64,000 bases of DNA from Octopus sinensis. Its lineage: Eukaryota. Shown here piece by piece: positions 13,261 through 24,859 of this stretch. The stretch spans positions 3,968,001 to 4,032,000 of the forward strand of contig NC_043001.1 of NCBI RefSeq assembly GCF_006345805.1, given 5' to 3'. The position numbers and the translations under genes were made by a program. The notes beneath the pieces were generated by a model, which did not search any database, had not been told where the DNA came from, and worked only from the letters and a program-made list of their open reading frames with translations. How positions within the stretch are numbered: position 1 is the first letter of the stretch; each line of letters starts with the position of its first letter.

Positions 13261-14361
13261 ACACACACTGCAAAGCTTACAGATGGCTTGCTGAATTGAA
13301 ATCTTTCTGCTAGTATATTTAACTCTGATTATTCAATTATTTCCAGCAACATGTCGTAGAATTTCAAGAACACAGTTACGTTACGAAAATGTTTTGATTA
13401 CCTTTACTAAATTCTGCGTGTGAAATACTTGATTATTTACAACGTTAATAGTTCCTTTCTACGCAAACAGCCCATGTATGAAAAATAAATATTGATCTAA
13501 ATAATATTGCATTTATGAATACGTTCATAAGTCAAAGTATTTGTAATTCAGTTATGACATTCACCAATAAGCTTTGAATATTTCTGGCTTTTAATTCTCA
13601 GGATAAAATATGGCCGTTACTTTACAGTTATTGAAATAGGCATATAATTATTACATACTGAAATTTTCGATAATTTCGTATGTCACGAGGTCATAATTGT
13701 TTCGAGGTGTCGAGCAAAATGTTACACCTTTGATCAGCACTGCAATAAATACTTAAAGTATTGTCGGACTCTGATGGTGACCATCGTAGAAACATTGATT
13801 CTCTCCGCTCCCCGTATCACAGAAACGTATCCATTTTTTTTAACTTCATGGAACGTGCTTGTTCCTGTGTCCAATGCTACGATGTTCCTGGTTTATAAGT
13901 ATTCATTGGATGAAAACAAAACATTTTTTCGTACACTGATGCCCACCTCACCCCCATCATTTCGAAGACTGTGGTTTAAAAAAAAAATGGATGACAACAT
14001 TGGCAGTGTAAACAGATGCAAATGCCTTGTATTTTTACATGAAATCTCCAGCGACAGACAAGAAGTGAAACCGGCAGGAGTAGTGTAATGATTTCATCAG
14101 ACACATTTTTGAATCGAAAACACTGTCTTTCTTAGTAACTAAATATTACTAAGCACTTAGTAAAACTGATACGTTTTTCTACAAATTTATCTTTTCGTTT
14201 TCGCCGGTCAATAAATATACTAATGATGTTCAAAGGGTAACATTATATTGCCACTAGGGTTCGAGTAAACAAATATTAAGATCAATTCAAACAGGTTTGT
14301 AATTTACATTATTTACATTATTTACAATTGATGGATATTTGTCTACGTCTAGTTTGTTGTT

Positions 14362-14407
14362 AACACAACGTTTCGGATGATATACCGTCCAACCTTCATC
14401 AGGTGTC
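14362..14407 (-). ncRNA. Putative minimal type I hammerhead ribozyme within a short repeat (about 14300-14450)
   Basis: Minus strand reads GACAC-CUGAUGA-A-GGUUG gacgguauau CAUCC-GAA-ACGU-U-GUGUU. Core CUGANGA and GAAA are present; helix I is GACAC/GUGUU; helix II is 5 bp with one U-U mismatch; helix III is the palindrome ACGU; the cleavage triplet is GUU. Confidence 0.6.
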
Positions 14408-15200
14408 TTGGGGAAAGTTCAATCCTTGGTTTTCAGTCCTAAGGTATGGTTTGAAAGACGAGCTAGTTTGTGATGGAGTTTCTCTATACCTCTCTATTGA
14501 AGTCTGATGTCCGTTCCGTACCGATTAGATAATACAGTTCTATATTTTAGAAGATCAGGAGTTGTGTACATTATTTACATTATTTATAATATATTAACCA
14601 GGGCAAATTAAGGATTCACTGTTATTTTGATGGGGAATATTTTCTCGCTTCAGGCAACATGTGTTCAATAACATCCAACAGTCATTTCAAGGTACCCTCA
14701 AGCGGAAGCATTTCCAGATTCTGGGCTAATGTACACCGCATTATGTTGATATACTACAAGGAAACCAATGTTTCGAAAGTAATCTGATGGTTCTCTCTTA
14801 TATATCTAACTGTCTGACTCTCCTTCTTTCTGTCAGTCGACCTGTCTGCCTGCTCGTCTGTCTGTATTTAATTATTGATCCGGTTTGATGGCCAGGATTA
14901 AAACCACGCATCCTCTCCAAACAGTCCTATACTTCACGTCGATTTTGAAATATTTTTTGTTCTTTGTAACTGTCCATCATTAGAGAGCTGACCAACATAC
15001 GTCTTTCTCGGTCGTCCAGCATGAGAATCCCCATGGCTCAGTATTCAAACAATGTGCTAAATAGTCTTTAGTAAGGTAACAGTGATCAACATGTCGTTTC
15101 CTCCGCTCTCGAATGATTGAGAAAATGTTCGGAGATATTTCCATAAACTTCCTTCACTGATTATTGCTTCGATCATTTTATAAGAAGAGCACACAACATA

Positions 15201-15581
15201 CACTACCGTTCAGAAATTAATTAGCACCCTTGATTTGCTCTTCACTCAAGGTATGTGCTGTCACCTAGTGGCCATATCTCGAACTATTGCTTTGTTGCGA
15301 GTTCACTGTTGCGCAGAACGATGACGTAACTTTGTTTGCAGAGCAGTTTGAGAGTCTACAGCCTAATGATGTTGACATAGCAGTGCAACAACAACTTGGA
15401 GTGCGGATGCAGACAAATCTTCCTTTGTTTAATAGATATAGGTAGCGCCTCGCAAGGACCGAAATCACACCATACTAAGTTTTCTCATCGCGTAAGACGT
15501 TTTGAACAGCTCATAGGTTAATTGATTTAACCTATTTAATGTAGAAATATGAGAAGTGCTAATTAATTTCTGACGCAAGTG
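15201..15581. mobile_element. 381-bp non-autonomous Tc1/mariner-type element (MITE)
   Basis: TA|cactaccgttcagaaattaattagcac ... gtgctaattaatttctgacgcaagtg|TA: about 27-bp imperfect TIRs flanked by a TA duplication. Confidence 0.75.
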
Positions 15582-15704
15582 TACGTGTGTCGATCATCTC
15601 AATTTCGATCTGTATTTCTCTTTTATTCTATGCAGACTTCATCGTGACGAATCGAAAATGAGAAGTGAGTCTCTCATGCTTATTTCGAGCTCACTGTTCC
15701 TTTG

Positions 15705-15850
15705 GTCAGGCAGTGTAGACTTCCAAATTATTTCTGAATTGGTCAGTGCACTCCATGCGTTTGCTTTACAGATTGATCTGTCATTTTCGGTGGATGAGAT
15801 ATCACTTCTGAGGTAAGTAAAACGTTTTCTGCTCTAGCAGCCATTAATTC
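15705..15850 (-). mobile_element. RTE-type LINE RT fragment
   Basis: Minus strand translates FTYLRSDISSTENDRSICKANAWSALTNSEIIWKS, the FxYLGS...AWxA...IWKS segment of RTE-type RTs. Confidence 0.7.
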
Positions 15851-16440
15851 AATATTAAATGGTTCAATACAATATGGAAAACTAGAGAGGAATTGATCCA
15901 TGAGCTGCATTTTGAAAATGGTTGTGCATGCGCCGAACGTTCTTCGGAAGAATTGTAAGGAATTGTAAATAGATTTTCCAAGTCATGCAAAACATTTGAT
16001 CTTACTATTAATATCATAAAAATAAACCCTGAAATTATTGAACAGTTTTCTTGAACTCTTTAATAATAAGCCATTGGCAAAGGAATCGAGACCGTCACGT
16101 TACTTTGCTTCATGTTCTTTGGCACAAAACAAAGATTCAGAATTATCATGTTGTAGGTAACCCAACATTATTGGATAAATGCTGAACGTGAACCAGATGC
16201 AGCGGTCGAATCAAACGTTTCCTATGACAATAAAGCAAAAAGCATTATACATGGAAAATTTAAATGACACTGAAAAGTCATATCAGGTGTTCAATGCTCT
16301 GGGTGGGGCACGTCATTCGTTTGTAAAAACTCCGAAATTTACTTCTATAAAACATGCTCTTATAAATATATACATACATACATACGTACATACATACAGT
16401 GATAGAAATAAACAGATAAATCGTTGGATTTTGAATGAAC

Positions 16441-16472
<32 letters not shown>

Positions 16473-16675
16473 TCTTCTTCTTTTTCTCCCCCTTCTCCTT
16501 CTTTCTCCTTCCTAACTTTATCACTAATGCTTTTTAGAATAACACCTACGCAAATTCTACAAACAAAACTTTCAATAGAAATATTTTCATGAATTGAGCA
16601 GCAACTGCTGCCACCCACTGTCCATTCAAAATACTCCTATCATGGCACTCCCAAATTCCTCGTCTTCTTCTTCCC

Positions 16676-16825
16676 TTGTCCTCTTCTTCTTTTTCTTCTT
16701 CTTCTTCTTCTTCTTCTTCTGCTCCTTCTTCTCTTTTCTTCTTCTTCTTCTTCTTGTATTTTCTTCTTCTTCTTCTTCTTCTTCTTCTCTTTTATTCTTC
16801 TTCTTCTTCTTCTTCTTCTTCCATA
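16676..16825. repeat. (TTC)n microsatellite
   Basis: Read directly from the sequence. Confidence 0.95.
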
Positions 16826-17100
16826 GCAAGAATTCACAACGACCTCGAACCCACAAGAATAAACGAAAGAGACAGAGAAAGGCAGAAACAAGGAAAATGC
16901 CCCTTGTATTTGAAAACTATACAAATATTCTTTTAAAAACACTTTTCTTTTCATTTTTTCTAAATTTAACTATTTAATTGTTACAGTTGAAAATGTCTCA
17001 ATGACTGAAACCGGTACTGAAATGTTCTTATAAAATTATTTCAGCATTTTCTATCTTGACTTGCTTTTCCATATATTTATATATATATATATATATATAT

Positions 17101-17815
17101 TGACAATGAAATGTAGGCGGCTAACCGGATTGATTCTTAGAACGTTTAGAACTAGAGACCAGGAAACCATAATGGTCCTCTGGAGGACGCTTATCCTAAG
17201 CCACTTTGACTATTGCTCTCAGCTATGGTCACCATCCTGTATCAAGTTAATCACAGAACTTGAGGCGATCCAACGAAGCTACACGAAGAACATAGCCTCT
17301 GTGCAGCATATAAGCTACAGGGAAAGACTCAAGAGATTAAGACCCTCTTCGTTAGAGCGTAGGCGAGAAAGATATGCCATAATACACATCTGGAAGATCC
17401 TAGAAGGACGTATCCCAAACTTTGGCATCGAGAGTTACACAAATGCTAGAACTGGGCGCCACTGCATAGTGCCAAGGACTCCAAATTTGCCATCAAGATG
17501 TAGGACAAGATACTGTGATAGCCTAGGTTTCAGAGGCTCACAGCTCTTCATATCCTCCCGAAGAACCTGCATGGGGTGGATGCAGATGTCTTTAAAATAA
17601 AACTGGATCTCTACTTGTCAGGTGTCCCAGATAAACCATCTTCCCGGCAGGAGGTGCAGATGAAGGCAGCTGCATCGAACTCTCCCTTGCACCAAATGGC
17701 AATTGCTAAAAGCATTCGTGAAGTAAAATTATGAAACAACACCAAATGGCGGTGCCCCAGCAAGGCCACAGCTCGTGAGGTGGAACTAGATAAAACAAAA
17801 ATAAAATAAAATAAA

Positions 17816-17820
<5 letters not shown>
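17101..17820 (+). mobile_element. 5'-truncated CR1/L2-type LINE (RT C-terminus, 3' UTR, (TAAAA)n tail) between (TA)n tracts
   Basis: ORF 17061-17600: ILRTFRTRD...LILSHFDYCSQLWSP...ELEAIQRSYTK...SYRERLKRL...SLERRRER, a typical CR1/L2 post-RT domain. Frameshift near 17555. Confidence 0.9.
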
Positions 17821-17881
<61 letters not shown>

Positions 17882-18064
17882 TTAATGAGTAAAACAACGA
17901 ATTTTAAATCTCTGAATGAGATCAACAAACAAGATGAGGACACATATCCCTCAAATGTAAATAATCTACCTCTTCTTTTTCATATATATATATATATATG
18001 TATGTGTATATGTGTGTGTGTGTAAGTATGTATATATGTGTATGTATATATATATGTATATATG

Positions 18065-18137
<73 letters not shown>

Positions 18138-18271
18138 GTATATATTGGCAGGGCTTACTGCTAGGGAGTCGGCCGTATGTTAGAAATAGACCATCAACGA
18201 TCAAACTACAAGGAAATTCTCTAGAGGAAAAATACAGCGAACACCAGAACCAACTTTGGCGGGCATGACAT

Positions 18272-18321
18272 ATGAAAATTTATATTAAAAACAGAATTCT
18301 GTTTTTAATATAAATTTTCAT
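18272..18321. repeat. Perfect 50-bp palindrome centred on GAATTC
   Basis: atgaaaatttatattaaaaacagaattctgtttttaatataaattttcat equals its own reverse complement. Confidence 0.95.
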
Positions 18322-18730
18322 GCAATGCAATGCCTCTTAGAATATGCTTTATAGTTTAATCTCATAGTAATCTTTTAGAATATAAACACACACTCATACA
18401 CAGAGACACAAATACACCAACAGACACACGTGTGCATGCACATACAAGCCCCACCCATACATATGTAGTCCTGATATCATCTATCCCAACTACTCCTTCT
18501 ACGCCGATGTTACTATTCTATTAATTAGTATTTAGAAACCCTAATTGTAAATCAAAATTTCAGCTCAATGCCGGGACTTGGTCGTATTGCAATCGCAGAC
18601 GCAGAATATGTTACTATGATGGCTGGCGTGATCTTTGCAAAAGGTTTAACGTACTAAGCCCAGTCTATGATCTCAAGAAAGACGATCCATATTGAAGAGA
18701 GAAACTCTCTCAGTGGTACATGGCAAAGTG

Positions 18731-19030
18731 GAGGCACATGGCCGAGAGCAGCGTACTCGCGGTCGAAAGGTCGCGTGTTCGAATCTCAGACCGGGTGATG
18801 TGTGGGTTTATGAGCGAAACACCTGAGCTTTACGTGACACCAGAAGAAGGCAATGGCGAATTTCAGTTGACTCTTTCGCCAGAATTTTCTTTCACTCTCA
18901 CCTCCTGCATCTAGTAGCTCACCTGCGACAGACAGGCGTCCCGTCCAGATAAGGAACCTATACGCCAATGAAACCAGGAAACCGGCCCTTATTAGACAGG
19001 GATGGCTCGAGAAGGAAGAAAAAACAACAC
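18731..19030 (+). mobile_element. tRNA-derived SINE (family C head, different body from 3570-3865)
   Basis: gaggcacatggcc...gcagcgtactcgcggtcgaaaggtcgcgtGTTCGAATCtcagaccggg...gagcgaaacacctgagct matches the 3865 head; the downstream body differs. Confidence 0.7.
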
Positions 19031-19664
19031 CTAGCAGAGGGCTATATATTGCACACTTTCCAGTAAAGATTGTTTGGAGTGATACGAGTACATTTAAACG
19101 AAATGCCTCAAATTACTGTCACAATTGCACATAAGGAAGACCAAGAACCCACATCTTACGGAGGTAAATTATGTTAATTAATTTAGAATTGACATATGAT
19201 GCAGCTTATGATCAAGTTTAAGGAGACTGTTTTTATTCTTACTGCATCGTCCTTGGCCTCATTTACACAAATTTGCTGCGGTAGTGTGTCATGCTAATAA
19301 ATCAAGAGTGATTCGTAGATGTGAAATTCTACTTCCTGCATGATGATGCACTTCCAACAGTTCTATTCGAAATGTTAGGATATAAATTTTAAATATAAAA
19401 CTTACCAAAAACTCTTATATAAAAATAAAAAAATAAACCCCTAAAATGAAAATTAATCAGTAGACTGAATATCATCATAGTAAGATAAGAGTCTACCTTG
19501 AATAGATTTCGGCAAACATGTAGCATAGATAAAGACGCTCAGTAGATTACCTTCCTCGTTTACTGGACCTTACTCTACTAGATTTAGAAGAGAAAGTTTT
19601 GGGTTCAATTTCCGCAAAAGTCGATAACTTAAAAGCAGCCAGGCAATGCGAATGCACAAATAAT

Positions 19665-20043
19665 CTTTTCTACTCTAGGCACAAAACCCGAAATTTTGAT
19701 GGTGGGGACCAGCGATTAGATCGATCCCAGTACGCAACTGATACTTAATTTATCGACCTCGAAAGAATGGAAGGCAGAGTCGGCCTCAGAGCATAAAGAC
19801 TGACGAAGTACCTATTTCTTTACTACTCATAAGGGGCTGAACACAAAGAGGACAAACAAGGATAGACAAACGGATTAAGTCTATTATATCTACCCCAGTG
19901 TGTAACTGGTACTTATTTAATCGACCCCGAAAGGATGAAAGGCAAAGTCGACCTCGGTGGAATTTGAACTCACAACGTAACAGCAGACGAAATACCGCTA
20001 AGCATTTCGCCCGGCGCGTTAAAGTTTCTGCCAACTCGCTGTC
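19665..20043 (-). mobile_element. SINE family B, dimeric form
   Basis: Head gcgagttggcagaaac...gcacgccgggcgaaatgcttagcggtatttcgtctgc, B-box-like gagttcaaattcc; a second unit starts after aaagaaata. Confidence 0.85.
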
Positions 20044-20418
20044 TTAGAATAGACAAATAATGAACGAAGTGTAAATTGATGTATGCGAAATGGTCATCAA
20101 GTTGATGACGAGCGTTGATGATGAAGTAAATTTGTTTTGTACAATGTATTAAAGTTTGAAAATGAAAGGCATTTTAAGAAACATTGATTTAATAATCATT
20201 CACTACGTGCATAGACCCCTGGAGAGACTCAGTATTACAGAGAAATTTCCTTAAATTTTTTGATATCTCGTGTAAGGTGATACACGTAGAGAGTATTCTC
20301 TTCGCATTTCCAAAATATTTCTCAATGCCACTAACACATGCACACACTAAAATATGCAAATGTGCACACACACATATACGCACACAGTTAAAAAAAATAT
20401 AAATACAGTGCTGCGGTG

Positions 20419-20450
<32 letters not shown>

Positions 20451-20867
20451 CATACACACACACACACATATATACATACATGCACACACACATACTCATA
20501 TATTCATTCAAATATATATATATACATGTATATACATATATATTTATATATGTACACACATATATACCTATATATTTATATATGTGTGTATGTCTATAGG
20601 TTTAGATGTAAATTTGCAAACACTCACTCACATAAATAGGTAAAGAAAGATAGATAGAAGCATATAAAGACAACGAAAATAAATATGGCAAACTATATGT
20701 TGTTTGTATACCTAAATATGGCGGTGACATTGAGGTGTTTATATATATAGCGTAATATAAGAGATATTCCGATATATACATGCATGCGCAAGAAATATAT
20801 CTGCATGCTTTGGCCTATACATGAACATATATTTACATACATATATACATACATACATTTATATATT

Positions 20868-20906
<39 letters not shown>

Positions 20907-20957
20907 GTATATATATGTATATATATGTATATATATATATATTCGTATATATATGTA

Positions 20958-21021
<64 letters not shown>

Positions 21022-21566
21022 CGTGTGTGTGTAATGCATACAGTCCAGTTTGCCGGTGTTCATGGTAATATATACACATACCAATTTGTGTTTGTGTGAG
21101 TGTTTGACATGCTGGGTTTTTGATTACTTGTGCATGTATGTGTGAATATATTTTTGAAGAGAAGACATTTTGAGTTCTCTAAATATGCTAAAACAACATT
21201 GAAAAACCAAGAATAATATCGATTCTGTTCATTGCATGGAATAGAAACTTTAATACGAGATCATATTTTGTATGTTTTGACTTCTCTTCATTCATTACTC
21301 ATACTCGTCGCATCTTCAATGGACTGCTTCTTTCTAACTTCTTCTCGCTTTATGTTCGATGTCTTATTTAAAGCTGAATCATTGAGACATTCAATATTCC
21401 CTGTGTTTCTAGTGCGATGTCCACTTCTTTATCTTAGTACACCCCATCCTAGGAAGAAAGAAGCAAAACAAAAAACAAGCAGCGCTACGAATACGTACCA
21501 CCCCCACCAACACAGAGGTACGCAATATGCAATTACATAGGTATTTATATATATCTTCATATATGC

Positions 21567-21625
<59 letters not shown>

Positions 21626-21825
21626 ATATACATATATATATATACACATACATATACACATACACACACAAACATACATACTTATGCACGCTCTTTTATA
21701 TATGCTTATGCATGCATTCATATAAATTCTTCGGAAAGAAATCACAAAACTGATATCAATTCTCTCCTTAACGTTATACCTTCTCTTTGTATTTATTTCG
21801 CTTATACACACACACACACACACAT

Positions 21826-21884
<59 letters not shown>

Positions 21885-23165
21885 ATATATTATATATATA
21901 TATATAAATAAATATATATATACATGCATATATATATATGTATAATGTTATACTTTCTGTTTGAATATATTTCGTTTATAATTTTTGTCCATCATTTTTA
22001 TAATTCTAGGAAGCATCATGTCATCTCTATATGTAGGAGGCTTAGCTAAACACTCTCCTATCTTTCTTACGGTATCTGTCAAGAAATTGGCTATATCTTT
22101 CTAAATATTCGCTGGCTTAAGAAAAAAAACTGATATATGAAAGCCTAATTTCTCTTTTTTTTTTATTTGGATAGAACTGGAGAATCTTTTCAAGGAATTT
22201 ACTGTCGAAATAGAATTGAAGCATATCTTTCTTTATTGTGATAATTACATGTAGTGATATGCGTTTTATCTCGCAGTTTTTCGATGAAATGCTTCCATAT
22301 AATTTCGCTGAGTTGTCAAACTGATGATAGCTTTATTGGCACTATCTCCGCTGTTTGATTTTTCTGGGGGAAGCTAAGAGAATTAGCAGATTTTTCAAAC
22401 ATGTTTATTTATTTATCGCTAATATTTAAATAGATACAAGACAACTTCATATATAGTTGGGTAACATTGCTGATTGCTGCCTGAAAAGTTGGGCTAAATT
22501 TTAAGATGTCGAGATAATATTTGTAATTATGTTAATAATTGAGCAATTAAATTAAAGTTTATGCAGTCCTGTATTTCGATTGCAAATTTTAATGCTAAAA
22601 TATATTTCATCATGAGCCATCAAACGAGAGGCCACGATGTTACAAGGAGTTTTGGAGATGGCAGCCAAACCCTCGACATCTCCCAAAATACCGCCTTAAA
22701 TAAAATGTATAGATAAACACAAAAATCACAGTATGGTTGTATCAAAGTATATGGTGCTTAGGTCTTTTGAACCAAGAAAATAACAAGGAAGATTCATTTC
22801 TTGGCCTAGGGATCGTGCTGTGTCGTTGACCGAGGAACTCTGAGTCACGTTGCTCCAGCTTGATCAGCTATAACTGATTACAAGGCCAGTGAAGGATTTT
22901 CGTCCGTACCTTTCTAGTCGTCACTTTACGCATGAGTCAAAGAGTGAGAAAGAGAGGATGTTATCTGCATTACTTCATGAGTGCATAAGCACCGAAACCA
23001 AATAGCAGAAATAATTACGAATCCAAACTCACACTACTTAGCATATAGTAAGAGATTAACCGTATCGATGTCTGATAAGAAATCCTCTATTCAGTCTCTC
23101 GATTTTCTAAAAGCAACAGCGAATTCACACTCAGAAAGCAACCTACCAAGTTAAATATATATGTG

Positions 23166-23197
<32 letters not shown>

Positions 23198-23260
23198 TAT
23201 ATATATATGTGTGTGTGTGTATGTGTGTGTGTGCGTGTGTATGTATGTATGCGCATATGT

Positions 23261-23301
<41 letters not shown>

Positions 23302-23419
23302 GTTTAGTATATTGAAATGAAGGACGAGTTGGTTGCAAATATGATTCCCATCGTAATTGTTCGTGATCGAGACTATCCTGCTTCTAAACCACACCATCAA
23401 TGCAACATCAACAACGTAA

Positions 23420-23630
23420 ACACATTCAGAGATATTAAGGAAACTCATCATGTATGGAAAAATGGAGACCACCTCCCCATGTAGGATGAAGTTAAAATAA
23501 TAGACAGAGAACACCAGAGGACACTACGAAAACTAGAAGAATCAGCACATATGGCGCGACACAACAACCTTCTAAGCAGACCGAGTGCAGATATGAGTAG
23601 ATAACGGGAAGTGATATTAATGAAGTATAG
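23420..23630 (+). mobile_element. Penelope-like element GIY-YIG endonuclease C-terminal fragment
   Basis: HVWKNGDHLPM*DEVKIIDREHQRTLRKLEESAHMARHNNLLSRP fits the PLE H...H..W..V.I.D.E....RK..E..I pattern; the * is TAG for TGG. Confidence 0.75.
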
Positions 23631-23679
23631 GAAAATATTAGATTTATAAGCTCTAAAATTCATTCTAAAATCGCTCTAG

Positions 23680-23870
23680 AGCATATGGCATAGTGGTTAA
23701 GTGCGCGGGCTACTAACCCCAATATTCCGAGTTCGATTCCAAGTAGTGACCTGAATAGTAATAACAGTAACATACCTTAGTATGAGAATGCTACAGGGTA
23801 TATCAACCAAACGAAACGTTGTGTAAACAAAAAGCAAGATGAGTACAAATATCTGTCAAATGCAAATAAC
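23680..23870 (+). mobile_element. tRNA-headed short element whose tail is homologous to the hammerhead-bearing repeat at 14300-14450
   Basis: A box TGGCATAGTGG (23686), B box GAGTTCGATTCC (23729), anticodon-like stem ggg-ctactaa-ccc. The tail shares cataccttag, ggtatatca.cc, gaaacgttgtgt.aacaa, acaaatatc..tcaa.tg.aaataa. The CTGATGA part is deleted in this copy. Confidence 0.75.
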
Positions 23871-24633
23871 TAATCACAGTTTCTTTATTCTGTTTTAATG
23901 TCCCATTTTAAAACTGTCACTGTGTCAGTTTTAACGTCACATTTTCTCGAGTACAGATGATTTTTAAGTATACATCGATGTTACCTTAAGGTATCGTTCA
24001 ATGATTTTTCTCTCGCATCTATAGAATATATGCCTGTATTTGGTGAAACAGATAATGCTTTATCTATTCTATTTACCTTACGCCAACTATCACAAATCAT
24101 GTTTTAGTGGTTCTGTAAAGGAGAACGGGGTATTAAGTGACCTATCAGGCCTTTTCTAGAAGGTTAGATAAGTGAATATTTGTTGGATTTGAAGCCAAAA
24201 GTGTACAGCACGCGAAAGATTATAACCAAAGACACTCCAGTTTCGAACTCTTCACCTTCCTCGAAGCCATAATACATCTAAGAGTAACGTTCGTAAAATA
24301 TAGTTGTTTTGTTAAACGATAAGGTATGATCTAAAGGAGAGCTGGCGACAAATTCTTGTCGATAAATTTGTCATAAGGTTACAGAATGTCGTTAGTTTTG
24401 TAACTCGAGTGAAACTTTAGGCAAAAATTATTCAGAGAAAGCCCTATCGTAGAAAAGATAAATGTTTAGTGGAAAAGACAAAGAAAGAGATGACACGTAA
24501 CGTTATTCGTTTAGTCATTTGTAGCATTTAGTTGTGTGTGGTGAAAGTTAAGTTTTGATGAGTAAGTTATTTTTACAAGAGCAATATATCTCGTTATTGA
24601 ATTTCCTAGTTAAAATATATTTAATTACATTGA

Positions 24634-24859
24634 AGGCGACGAGCTGGAAGGAACGTTAGCACGCCGGACGAAATACGTAGCCGTATTTCGTCAGCCGTTA
24701 CATTCTGAGTTCAAATTCCGCCGAGGTCGACTTTGCCTTTCATCCATTCAGGGTCGATAAATTAAGTACCAGTTACGTACTGGGTTCGATATAATCGAAT
24801 TAATATGTCAGTCCTTGTTTGTCCGCTCTGTGTTTAGCCCCTTGTGGGTAGTAAAAAAC
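24634..24859 (+). mobile_element. SINE family B monomer with 15-bp target-site duplication
   Basis: ATTTAATTACATTGA at 24619-24633 and 24860-24874 flanks aggcgacgagctgg...gagttcaaattccgccgaggtcgac...gtgggtagtaaaaaac. Confidence 0.92.

Noticed and set aside
23680-23745. Functional tRNA gene
   Set aside because: A and B boxes are present, but I see no acceptor-stem pairing or T-run terminator, the anticodon (ACT) is atypical, and it runs into a repeat tail; it is a SINE head.
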